Shown: piece by piece, positions 7,207-15,811 of the stretch
Numbering within the stretch: the first letter of the stretch is position 1
Layout of the letters: each line of letters starts with the position of its first letter
From: Terriglobales bacterium
Lineage (GTDB): Bacteria; Acidobacteriota; Terriglobia; Terriglobales; Acidobacteriaceae
NCBI GenBank assembly: GCA_038199445.1
Contig: JBBPYY010000112.1
Span: forward strand, 1 to 55,013
Reading direction: 5' to 3'
DNA length: 55,013 bases
Notes under the pieces: model-generated
The model's database searches: none
What the model saw: only the letters and a program-made list of their open reading frames with translations
What the model was told of the DNA's origin: nothing
Translations under genes and position numbers: made by a program

Positions 7207-8898
7207 ATGCGAGGGGGTGCTCAGATGGAACAAGATCGAGGCACTGGAGCAAATGCCGCGGCGGGGTCGACATCGAGTCCGGAAACAGGGTCTGACGCGC
7301 GACCGGCGGCAGGTTCTGGCAGTGAAAGCAAACAGCACGGCATCTGTGACATTCTGGATGTCTTCTTCATACTCAGTGCCGCATTATTTCTGGTGCTGGT
7401 GGTGCTCTGGCTGGCGAGCGAGATCGCAGGTGTCGAGATGTTCAAGACGCTGCCGGGCTGGATGAGTGAGGTCTTCAAGAGTGGCAAGGCCGCGATCGCA
7501 GCACTCGGCGTCTCGGGTGCGGTGCAACTGTTGCGGACGCGGTTGAACCGCACCACAAATCCGCAATACTTTGGCTGGATTCTCGCCGTATTCGTCGTGA
7601 TCATCGGTTCCACGATGGCACTGGCGAAGATGATGCCGGCTCCTCCCCCACCTGCCAAGGCAGCGACAGCGCCGATTCCGGCGGATGTACATTTTCAGAC
7701 GGACTATCCGGAAGGAACGCGGCTGCAATATGTGCACAATCCCAGACCGGGGACGGAGATCTTGGACCAGCAGCCTAAAAGTACTAAATATTCCCAGCGG
7801 TATCTGGCGCATGTGCTGTTGCCGCCGGATACAACGGCGCAGTATGTTGCGTATTTCAGAAAGCAGGACACGGGGTCGGTGGTGCATCCGGCGGGGGAGA
7901 GCGCGGGGTTCACGATCTTGTGCCTGCAGTCGGCAGCCGGCGATCACCAGGATGTTTCCGATGTATTTCTCGAATGCGAAAACGGAGAATGCAAGTCGAG
8001 CAAGACGGACCCAGGTCTCGCCAAAGCTTGCCCCGGTTTGAGCGGATTTCTAGACCACGACATGTTTCACGACTTATTTTCGGACGCGCTTGGGACCGTA
8101 GTTTACGCAACGTCTACGGATAAGCATGCGGTGAAAGCGAACGTGCCTTTCTGGACGGTGCCGACCCTTGAGACTCTGGAGCAGCAGAAGGACCGTGAGC
8201 GTGTCGGCTATACCAGGTTCGATATGGAGCTTCGTCCTGGGGCGGAGCTGAAAGACTTTCAGAGCTATCAGTTTCAAGTGTGGGTGAATGATCAGCCGAT
8301 CTTCTTCAATAGTTTTCCGCCTGAGGTATTCCGCAACACATTCGACCCAAACGCTCCCGTGCATGTTTCATTCGCGCTCGAGAACCTGAGCTTCTCTGGA
8401 CTGCATGAGGGCTATGAGAATCTGCTTGTGCAGTTCACCTTTTTCTCAGGCGGCAAGATGGTGCAGCAGGATGTGCAGCGGACGTATGCGGCGTTGCGCG
8501 ATGCGCTACCGGTGGAGATGGACACGCCGGCGGGCCATGTGACGTGGTCGGGCAAATATGTAATTCCTAAGAACGAAAGCAAGTACGAGATCATCGTAAA
8601 TTCCGTGCCCAAGGCCGACCAGGCGATGACCCTGAAGTCCACGTTTGATCATGGAAATCTGCAGTATGGCGATCGTCCGGCGGTGTTGGTCGTCAGGCCG
8701 CCGCTGCGGATTCCGCCGTATTACGGAGTGGTGATCGGTCTGGTCCAGCCGTCGGGGCAGGTTCAATTTACCTACAACCGCGACGAGGCGGACAAGGTGT
8801 GTCAGTGGGCGATGGAGGAGAGGCGGAATACCAAGTTGATTCGCTCAGACCTGAGGATCTACGACGCGGGCACGCGTGCCTACAGACCTTGCAGATGA
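7207..8898 (+). CDS. Orphan membrane protein: 3 predicted TM helices plus a roughly 400-aa Cys-containing extracytoplasmic domain
   Basis: Hydrophobic stretches ILDVFFILSAALFLVLVVLWLA, AAIAALGVSGAVQLL and FGWILAVFVVIIGSTMALA, then a Pro-rich linker. No motif I recognise. The start codon is uncertain (7207 or 7225). Confidence 0.6.
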   Translation: MRGGAQMEQDRGTGANAAAGSTSSPETGSDARPAAGSGSESKQHGICDILDVFFILSAALFLVLVVLWLASEIAGVEMFKTLPGWMSEVFKSGKAAIAALGVSGAVQLLRTRLNRTTNPQYFGWILAVFVVIIGSTMALAKMMPAPPPPAKAATAPIPADVHFQTDYPEGTRLQYVHNPRPGTEILDQQPKSTKYSQRYLAHVLLPPDTTAQYVAYFRKQDTGSVVHPAGESAGFTILCLQSAAGDHQDVSDVFLECENGECKSSKTDPGLAKACPGLSGFLDHDMFHDLFSDALGTVVYATSTDKHAVKANVPFWTVPTLETLEQQKDRERVGYTRFDMELRPGAELKDFQSYQFQVWVNDQPIFFNSFPPEVFRNTFDPNAPVHVSFALENLSFSGLHEGYENLLVQFTFFSGGKMVQQDVQRTYAALRDALPVEMDTPAGHVTWSGKYVIPKNESKYEIIVNSVPKADQAMTLKSTFDHGNLQYGDRPAVLVVRPPLRIPPYYGVVIGLVQPSGQVQFTYNRDEADKVCQWAMEERRNTKLIRSDLRIYDAGTRAYRPCR

Positions 8899-9427
8899 AG
8901 GATCCCGTCTCGCTTCCCTTGAAAGATCCCGCTTGGCGATAGATGTTTTCGTTATCCTCGGTGCTGCGGTCTGGCGGGACGGCGTTGCGAGCAATGCGAT
9001 GAAACGCCGCGTCGCCGGCGCATTGCGTTCCGCGAAAACGTCAGACGCGCCGTGCTTTCTGGTCACTGGCGGGATCGGTCGCTATCCTCCTTCTGAAGCC
9101 TCCATCATGAAGCGGCTGCTCTTAGACGGCGGTGCCCTGGAGAGCAGCGTCGTGCTGGAGGAAACGGCCGACAACACTCTCTCGTCGGTCAAGGCCTGCA
9201 CTCAGATCATCCACTCGATCCGTGATGTGCGGAGTGTCACGGTCTGCACGGATGTCTATCATTTGCCACGGTCACGGTGGCTTTTTCATCTTTACGGTGT
9301 GAAGACACGCGCAGGTCAGGTCGCATCGGGCGCCCGCGAAGCGGGTCGAGCGCGATGGCTTTACTACTGGGTGAGGGAAGTGGCTGCGGTTGTGTGGGAC
9401 ACACTGGCGGTGATAGTTCGCAGGTAG
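8876..9427 (+). CDS. YdcF/ElyC/SanA-like DUF218 protein
   Basis: IDVFVILGAAVWRDG...RRVAGAL...FLVTGG...SEASIMKRLL...VLEETADNTLSSV...TDVYHLPRS matches the DUF218 pattern. Overlaps the previous gene by 23 nt. Confidence 0.7.
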   Translation: MPTDLADEGSRLASLERSRLAIDVFVILGAAVWRDGVASNAMKRRVAGALRSAKTSDAPCFLVTGGIGRYPPSEASIMKRLLLDGGALESSVVLEETADNTLSSVKACTQIIHSIRDVRSVTVCTDVYHLPRSRWLFHLYGVKTRAGQVASGAREAGRARWLYYWVREVAAVVWDTLAVIVRR

Positions 9428-9458
9428 GCGCGAGGCGTGCCGATAGAATTGAAGTACG

Positions 9459-10403
9459 ATGCCGACGCGCGTGTCTTCATACTCGAAGATCAATCTTGGG
9501 TTGGCGATTGGGGCACTGCGTGCGGATGGCTTTCACCAGCTGGTAACGGTATATCAGACGCTGGCCTTATCGGATGCGGTGACGGTGACTGCGCGACGGG
9601 CGGTGAAGACGGCGATTACGATCCGGTCGAAGGATGCGCGCATTCCGACGGATGGGCGAAATACCGCGTGGAAAATGGTGGAATTCGCACTGGTAAAAGC
9701 GGGTTTTGCAGCGGTGGTCGAGGTCGAAATCGAGAAAAATCTGCCCGTCCAGGGTGGTTTGGGCGCTGGATCGGGAAATGCGGCGGCGGCGCTGGTTGGA
9801 TTGGAGCGGGAACTCGGTCTGAACCTCGCCGGGCCTTCCCGGCTGGAAATTGCGGCGGAGGTCGGGTCGGATGTTCCGCTGTTTCTGGTTGGCGGGACGG
9901 TGCTGGGGCTGGGACGGGGGGAAGCGGTATACCCGCTCCCGGACCTGCCCGAGATGGCTTGCGTGGTGGCGGTGCCGGAGGTAGGGGTATCTACTCCGCA
10001 GGCTTTCCTCGATTGGGACCGGCTCGGCGTGCAGGAGAAATTGACCCCTGAGGCAAGCCACGCTAGACTAAGTAAGTTAAGTCGTGCCATTGCGGCCGGC
10101 TTTTCCGGTGTCTCTGCCGTGGGCGGAGACCTGGCCGGGAATCCTCTCCTCGAGCTTGTCCGCACCGGGATCGAAAACGACTTTGAAAAGGTCGTGTTTC
10201 CTCTCCATCCCCGTCTGCGAGAAATCAAGCACATATTAGAGGTAGGCGCTGTGTATGCCGCGCTGTCCGGGTCAGGGTCTGCGTTGTTCGGCTTGTATGC
10301 CGATGATCAGAGCGCTGAGCAGGCAGCGGTGCGTGTTCGCGCTGCCGGGGTAAAAGCTTTTGTCACGCGGACGATTTCGCGGGCTGAACTGGTGGACGAC
10401 TAG
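9459..10403 (+). CDS. ispE: 4-(cytidine 5'-diphospho)-2-C-methyl-D-erythritol kinase
   Basis: SYSKINLGLAIG... plus the GHMP kinase motif PVQGGLGAGSGNAAAAL. Sits in the conserved ispE-prs neighbourhood. Confidence 0.9.
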   Translation: MPTRVSSYSKINLGLAIGALRADGFHQLVTVYQTLALSDAVTVTARRAVKTAITIRSKDARIPTDGRNTAWKMVEFALVKAGFAAVVEVEIEKNLPVQGGLGAGSGNAAAALVGLERELGLNLAGPSRLEIAAEVGSDVPLFLVGGTVLGLGRGEAVYPLPDLPEMACVVAVPEVGVSTPQAFLDWDRLGVQEKLTPEASHARLSKLSRAIAAGFSGVSAVGGDLAGNPLLELVRTGIENDFEKVVFPLHPRLREIKHILEVGAVYAALSGSGSALFGLYADDQSAEQAAVRVRAAGVKAFVTRTISRAELVDD

Positions 10404-10427
10404 CTTAGACTTTTTGGAAATGTTTTT

Positions 10428-10501
10428 TGGGCGATCGACTAATGGTAGGTCAAGTGCCTTTGGAGCACTTTGTCTAGGTTCGAATCCTAGTCGCCCAGCC
10501 A
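10428..10501 (+). tRNA. tRNA-Gln (anticodon TTG), CCA encoded
   Basis: Hand-folded cloverleaf: acceptor TGGGCGA/TCGCCCA, anticodon stem AGTGC/GCACT, loop CTTTGGA, T arm CTAGG-TTCGAAT-CCTAG. Confidence 0.9.
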
Positions 10502-10611
10502 GATGTTGTTGGAGCAGGATGAGAAGTCGCGGTGAGAACGGAAACCTCAGCGCGAATGATATGAACCGCAGTGAACACCCATAGCAAACCAGCATTGGAG
10601 GATTCACAGAC

Positions 10612-11712
10612 ATGCCAGATCGCACAGGAGCAGGGGCGGTACTGACGCCGGTGGAAGATGCGAAGCGGACGGACACCAAGGTTGAGGGCAAGGCAGATGT
10701 TAATCCCCAGACCAGAGTGGATGCGAAGCAGGATACGGACGCGGTTGCAAAGAAAAAAGCGAAGTGGCGCGACGATAAGCATTTCAAGATTTTTTCCGGT
10801 TCTGCGAACCGGGCTTTGGCAGAAGAGGTTTGCAAGTTTGTTGGAGTGCCGCTCGGAGAGGTCAAGCTGCAGCGGTTCTCTGACGGTGAGGTGTATTTCC
10901 AATTGCTGGAGAACGTGCGCGGCGCTGATGTTTTCGTCGTGCAGCCGACTTGTAAGCCAGTGGACCAGAATTTGCTGGAGCTGTTGATCATGATCGATGC
11001 ATTGAAGCGCGCGAGCGCGGGACGCATCACGGTAGTAATTCCGTATTACGGCTATGCGCGGCAGGACAGAAAAGACCGTCCGCGTGTAGCGATTTCGTCG
11101 AAGCTGGTGGCTGACCTGCTGACGACGGCCGGCGCGAACCGCGCATTGCTGGTGGATCTGCATGCGGCGCAGATTCAAGGGTTTTTCAATATTCCGGTCG
11201 ACCATTTGTTTGCGTCGCCGGTGCTGGTGGGGCATTACCGGGAGATGGCGTTGCCCAAGCTGACGGTGATTTCTCCGGATGCGGGAGGTGTGGAGCGAGC
11301 GCGTTTTTTCGCGAAGAAGATGGAAGCTCCGCTGGCCATTGTGGATAAGCGGCGGACCGAGCAGAACGTGGCAGAAGTAATGCACGTGATCGGCGATGTA
11401 GCAGGCCGGACGTGCTTGATATTGGACGACATTGTCGACACCGGCGGGACGCTGGTGAAGACGGTGGATGCGCTGCTGGCGGAGGGCGCGGAAAAAGTCT
11501 ATGCGTGCGCGACCCACGCGGTGTTGAGCGGGCCGGCGATCGAGCGCATTGCGAATTCGAAGATCGAACAGCTGGTGGTGACCAACACGATTCCGCTGAG
11601 TGAAGAGGGGCAGCGCCTCTCGAAGATCAAGGTGTTGTCGATTGCGGGGCTACTGGGCCGCGCCATCGAGAGCGTTCACATGGAGACCAGCGTTTCGACG
11701 CTGTTCAATTAG
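10612..11712 (+). CDS. prs: Ribose-phosphate pyrophosphokinase with a Lys/Asp-rich N-terminal extension
   Basis: KIFSGSANRALAEEV, DLHAAQIQGFFNIPVD and DDIVDTGGT motifs. About 55 residues precede the conserved core. Confidence 0.9.
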   Translation: MPDRTGAGAVLTPVEDAKRTDTKVEGKADVNPQTRVDAKQDTDAVAKKKAKWRDDKHFKIFSGSANRALAEEVCKFVGVPLGEVKLQRFSDGEVYFQLLENVRGADVFVVQPTCKPVDQNLLELLIMIDALKRASAGRITVVIPYYGYARQDRKDRPRVAISSKLVADLLTTAGANRALLVDLHAAQIQGFFNIPVDHLFASPVLVGHYREMALPKLTVISPDAGGVERARFFAKKMEAPLAIVDKRRTEQNVAEVMHVIGDVAGRTCLILDDIVDTGGTLVKTVDALLAEGAEKVYACATHAVLSGPAIERIANSKIEQLVVTNTIPLSEEGQRLSKIKVLSIAGLLGRAIESVHMETSVSTLFN

Positions 11713-11760
11713 GCAGAAAGGGAGCGGCGCTCAACGCTGTGCCCGAAAGGAAAGTAGAAA

Positions 11761-12462
11761 ATGAACAGCAATGAAGTGGTAGCGGCGACGCCGCGTGAAG
11801 GCAAGTTCAACAAGAATGCGGCGCGGCGCGTGCGGGTTGCGGGCAAGATTCCGGCGGTGGTGTACGGCGCGAAGCTGGATGCCATTGCGCTGACTGTGGA
11901 TCCGAAACAAATCCAGCGGATCTTGTATTCGGTATCAGGGCACAACACGATTTTCGATCTTGAGATTTCGGGATCCACAGCGAAGACGAAGGCGATGATC
12001 GTCGACTGGCAGTATGAGCCGGTCAAGGGCACGCTGATGCACATCGATCTGAAGCGCATCGCGATGGACAAGGCGATCGTGGTCGAAGTGCCGATCGTTC
12101 TCGAAGGCATCCCGTTTGGGGTGAAGAACGAAGGCGGCATTCTGGACCAGGTCCTGCGCGAAGTGGAGATCGAGTGTCTGCCGGGCGATATTCCGGCTGC
12201 GATCACGCTGGACGTTTCTGAGATGAAGATGCACGATGCGCTGCGCGTGAAGGATTTACCGCATGCCGGCAAGTTGAAGTTCCTGACCGACGAAGACGCG
12301 ACGGTTGCGCACGTCATTGCAATCAAGGAAGAAGTGGTAGCGGAAGTGGTCGATGTGACGGCTACCGCGGCAGAACCGGAAGTGGCGAAGAAGGGTAAGC
12401 AGGATGCAGATGCTGCCGCTGCTGCTGCTGCGCCGGATGCGAAGAAGGACACCAAGAAGTAA
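11761..12462 (+). CDS. ctc: 50S ribosomal protein L25 / general stress protein Ctc
   Basis: GKIPAVVYG...DPKQI...VDWQYEPVKGTLMHIDLKR pattern with an Ala/Lys-rich C-terminal tail. Conserved prs-ctc-pth order. Confidence 0.9.
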   Translation: MNSNEVVAATPREGKFNKNAARRVRVAGKIPAVVYGAKLDAIALTVDPKQIQRILYSVSGHNTIFDLEISGSTAKTKAMIVDWQYEPVKGTLMHIDLKRIAMDKAIVVEVPIVLEGIPFGVKNEGGILDQVLREVEIECLPGDIPAAITLDVSEMKMHDALRVKDLPHAGKLKFLTDEDATVAHVIAIKEEVVAEVVDVTATAAEPEVAKKGKQDADAAAAAAAPDAKKDTKK

Positions 12463-12465
12463 CGC

Positions 12466-13107
12466 TTGGAGAATCGAACGAGCGGCGTGAAGTTGGGAAC
12501 GAAGTTGATAGCAGGTCTGGGGAATCCCGGCATCGAGTATCAATTCACGCCGCACAATGCGGGATTTCTAGCCATCGATCGCATCGCGGAACGATGCGGG
12601 GTGACGGTGGCGAACCGGCGGAACAGGGCATTAACGGCGACGGCCAAACTGGCCGGGTATGACGTGGTGCTGGCGAAGCCGGAGACGTACATGAACCTGA
12701 GCGGCATCGCGATTAGGGCGCTGGCTGAGGATCTGGAGATTGATCCGCTGCGAGACATCATCGTGCTCTATGACGAGGTGGATTTGCCGCTGGGCGCGGT
12801 GAGAGTGCGCGAGCGGGGTAGTTCGGCAGGGCACAACGGAGCGAAGTCAATCTCCGGGGCGCTGGGCAGTGATGAGTGGTTGCGGGTTCGGATTGGAGTA
12901 TCGCCCGAAGACGCCGAGGTGGCGAGCAGGGTAAGAACGCGCAGCGCGGAATATGTATTGACGCCGTTTCGCAAAAAGGAACTGGCGGTGCTGGACGAAG
13001 TGCTCGACCGGGTGGCAGAAGCGGTCGAGGTGATGTTGAAGGAAGGCGCGAGCGCCGCGATGAACCGGTACAACGGGCGTGGTGAAAAGCCGGCAGCAAG
13101 TTGTTAG
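12466..13107 (+). CDS. pth: Peptidyl-tRNA hydrolase
   Basis: KLIAGLGNPGIEYQFTPHNAGF motif. The track start is TTG at 12466; GTG at 12487 is an equally plausible start. Confidence 0.9.
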   Translation: MENRTSGVKLGTKLIAGLGNPGIEYQFTPHNAGFLAIDRIAERCGVTVANRRNRALTATAKLAGYDVVLAKPETYMNLSGIAIRALAEDLEIDPLRDIIVLYDEVDLPLGAVRVRERGSSAGHNGAKSISGALGSDEWLRVRIGVSPEDAEVASRVRTRSAEYVLTPFRKKELAVLDEVLDRVAEAVEVMLKEGASAAMNRYNGRGEKPAASC

Positions 13108-13171
13108 GTCAAAAAATTTGTAACAACCGCAGTGGCAATTTAAGAGGCCGCGCGGAGAGAAGAGAGCAGAC

Positions 13172-13669
13172 ATGGCAACCGAAGCAAAGATGAATCGTAC
13201 CTACGAAGTGATGTTCATTGTCCGGCCGGATCAAACGGACGAGGACCTGGACAAGTTGATCGCGGGCATTGAGTTGACTGTGACGAGCGCAGCCGGCGCG
13301 GTGCGTTCGATCGAGAAGCTGGGCCGCCGCAAACTGGCGTATGTGGTGAAGAAGTTTTCTGACGGTCTGTATGTGCTGATGACGATCGAGGCGGACGGCA
13401 AGCTGGTGGCCGAGGTGGAGCGCCGCCTTCGCGTGCTGGAGCCGGTGATCAAGTTCATCACGGTCCGCATGGATCTGGAACAGAAGCGCATCGATAAGGT
13501 GAAAGCGAAGCGCGCAGCGCATCCCAAGCTGAGCGCACAGCAGGCAGTGGTTCCCGCCGCGGCAGCGACAGAAGAAGTGCCTGCAGTCTCAGAGCCCATT
13601 CCGGTCGCTTCGGAAAACGCTCCTGGAACGGCGTCGGCGACGGAAGAGCCAGCGGCAGCGAGCGCTTAG
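13172..13669 (+). CDS. rpsF: 30S ribosomal protein S6 with an acidic/Ala-rich C-terminal tail
   Basis: RTYEVMFIVRPDQTDEDL...RKLAY is the S6 signature. An alternative ATG lies at 13190. Confidence 0.9.
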   Translation: MATEAKMNRTYEVMFIVRPDQTDEDLDKLIAGIELTVTSAAGAVRSIEKLGRRKLAYVVKKFSDGLYVLMTIEADGKLVAEVERRLRVLEPVIKFITVRMDLEQKRIDKVKAKRAAHPKLSAQQAVVPAAAATEEVPAVSEPIPVASENAPGTASATEEPAAASA

Positions 13670-13755
13670 CAGGCGAACGCGGTGCGAGATTAGCGCCGCC
13701 TGGCAAATTGATGATCGACTTAAGAAGTTAGAGGGATTCGAAAGGAAGTTTCGCA

Positions 13756-14256
13756 ATGGCGGAAGAGAACAGCACACCAAGGACGTCTGGGTCGGGCAGC
13801 ACTGGTTCAGGCAGCACAGGTTCAAGCACCGGCGGCACAGGTTCGAGCGGCACGGGTGGTTCGGGTTCAAGCGGCAGCACGGGCAGCACGGGCGGCTCGC
13901 ATTCGGGCGGCGGTGGTCGCACTGGCGGCGGTCACTCGGGCGGAGGCCATTCGTCGGGCGGACACTCCTCCTCCTCAGGCCCCGGCGGCGAGCGTCGCGG
14001 ACCCCGTCCGGGCGGACCTGGCGGCCCTGGCGGACGCAAGTTTTTCCGCCGCAAGAAGGTCTGCAAGTTTTGCGTGGAGAAGATCGACGCGATTCCATAC
14101 CGTGACGTTCGTCTGCTGCAGCAGTTTGTGGCGGAGCGCGGCAAAATCGTTCCCCGCCGTTTGACGGGTGTATGCACGCGCCATCAGCGCGCGCTGACGC
14201 ACTCCATCAAACAGGCACGGAATATCGCGCTGCTGCCGTTCGCGGCACGCCACTAG
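13756..14256 (+). CDS. rpsR: 30S ribosomal protein S18 with a roughly 93-aa Gly/Ser/His-rich N-terminal extension
   Basis: The C-terminal 70 aa ([62 protein letters not shown]) form the S18 core. The only in-frame start I find is ATG 13756, preceded by AAAGGAAG. Confidence 0.85.
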   Translation: MAEENSTPRTSGSGSTGSGSTGSSTGGTGSSGTGGSGSSGSTGSTGGSHSGGGGRTGGGHSGGGHSSGGHSSSSGPGGERRGPRPGGPGGPGGRKFFRRKKVCKFCVEKIDAIPYRDVRLLQQFVAERGKIVPRRLTGVCTRHQRALTHSIKQARNIALLPFAARH

Positions 14257-14332
14257 ACAGTTTCGCTACTTTGACTATTTCGCCGCCGCGTCGAGCGGGG
14301 CGGCGGGTGAGAGAAGATCGGGAGAGTTTCAA

Positions 14333-14788
14333 ATGGAAGTCATTCTGAAAGAAGATGTAGAAACACTGGGACATCGCGGCGACGTGGTGAAAGTGGCAGA
14401 AGGCTATGGCCGCAATTTTCTGCTACCGAAGAAGCTGGCTATCGCTGCCACGGTGGCGAACAAAGCAGTAATCGAGCAGATGAAAAGCTCCTCGGTGCGC
14501 AAGACTGCAAAGGAAAAGGGTGAGGCAGAAGAGCTGTTGCGGCAGCTCGAGAATGTTTCCCTCGAATTCACGCGCAAGACCGGCGCGGAAAATCATCTTT
14601 TCGGTTCAGTGACTGCGGCTGATATTACGCAGGCGCTTGAAGCGAAGGGATTCCACATCGACCGCCGCAAGGTGCAGCTGGACGAGCCGCTGAAACAGGT
14701 CGGCGAGTTCCATATTCCGGTGCGTTTGCACCGGGAGGTGACGGCGCACGTTAAGGTGACAGTGAGCGGTGAAGAAACCGGCGCTTAA
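14333..14788 (+). CDS. rplI: 50S ribosomal protein L9
   Basis: MEVILKEDVETLGHRGDVVKVAEGYGRNFLLPKKLA is the L9 N-terminal signature. Confidence 0.95.
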   Translation: MEVILKEDVETLGHRGDVVKVAEGYGRNFLLPKKLAIAATVANKAVIEQMKSSSVRKTAKEKGEAEELLRQLENVSLEFTRKTGAENHLFGSVTAADITQALEAKGFHIDRRKVQLDEPLKQVGEFHIPVRLHREVTAHVKVTVSGEETGA

Positions 14789-14801
14789 TGATCGCGGGTT
14801 G

Positions 14802-14840
14802 AGAAGGGCCTGGTAGAGATGCCGGGCCCTTCTTTTCTTT
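14802..14840 (+). terminator. Rho-independent terminator after rplI
   Basis: AGAAGGGCC (14802-14810) pairs with GGCCCTTCT (14825-14833), followed by TTTCTTT. Confidence 0.7.
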
Positions 14841-14966
14841 GTGACAGCGCAATTTTCGCGAATGGCGGAGAACACAACCCGAGGTCCATCACGGCGCTCA
14901 CAACGGCAATCGTTCGTTTCGCAATGAACGAGCGGAGCGGGACGGAAGAACGACGGCGAATTTTGT

Positions 14967-15719
14967 TCAGCGGCCTTCGAGAAGTCGTTCGGCGAGGCGT
15001 TCGGGAAGTTTTGCGCGCAGGATGCGCATCTGCGCGAGCCGGACATCATAGTCGACGCGGAAAAAGGTGACGACGCGCGCGGCATCGTCGTAGATGGCGA
15101 AGGCAGCGCGAGGATCGTGGTCGCGGGGCTGGCCGACGGATCCGGGATTGAGGAGATAACGCCGCGCGGGTTCGATGCCGATCGATTCGGACTGCAATCC
15201 TTTCGCGCCGGGAAAGCGTGGCTGAACCGCCTGCCACTCTTTCGTGCTGGCGGCAAAGCCTCCTTGCACGTGCGTGTGGCCAAAAAATGTAATATGCGAC
15301 CCGGAGTCTTTCATCGCGAGCCATGCGTCGCGCATGGAGACGACATATTGATCTTCGTTCAGCAGCGAGCCATGCACGCAGGTCACGAGCGGACTCGCCG
15401 TCGCAACTGGACCTTGCTCGAGCGCTTGCAGCCATGCGGAGTTTTGCTCAGTCAGGATGTTGCGGGTCCATTTTGCAGCACGGCCGGCGATGGAATTGAA
15501 ATCGTCGAAGCTGCGCGTTCCGCTGCATGCTCGATCGTGATTGCCGCGAACGAAGATGCCGCCGAGGGCGCGAACGCGCTCGACGACTTCGTTGGGGGCT
15601 GCGCCGTAGCCGACGATGTCTCCGAGATTCCACACAACATCATAGGCGGGAGATGCGGCAAGGACCGCTTCGAGCGCATCGATGTTGGCGTGAATATCAG
15701 AAAGAATGAGGGCGCGCAT
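14967..15719 (-). CDS. Metallophosphoesterase family protein
   Basis: DIHAN, GDIVGYG, GNHD and GHTH motifs in the canonical order. Confidence 0.85.
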   Translation of the reverse strand: MRALILSDIHANIDALEAVLAASPAYDVVWNLGDIVGYGAAPNEVVERVRALGGIFVRGNHDRACSGTRSFDDFNSIAGRAAKWTRNILTEQNSAWLQALEQGPVATASPLVTCVHGSLLNEDQYVVSMRDAWLAMKDSGSHITFFGHTHVQGGFAASTKEWQAVQPRFPGAKGLQSESIGIEPARRYLLNPGSVGQPRDHDPRAAFAIYDDAARVVTFFRVDYDVRLAQMRILRAKLPERLAERLLEGR

Positions 15720-15811
15720 GGCGAGTGGAAATACTCGGCGAGGATACTACGGCTGCACCAAAAACGGGCATGCCGAGGAGGGGGGCCGCGCTCGGCAGTC
15801 GTTCGGAAGAC

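Noticed and set aside
13790-14030. Short tandem DNA repeats (GGTTCnGGCAGCAC-like units) that could be mistaken for a repeat array
   Set aside because: They are in frame within rpsR and encode the Gly/Ser/His tract. There is no repeat-spacer periodicity, so this is not CRISPR. Reported instead as a protein extension.
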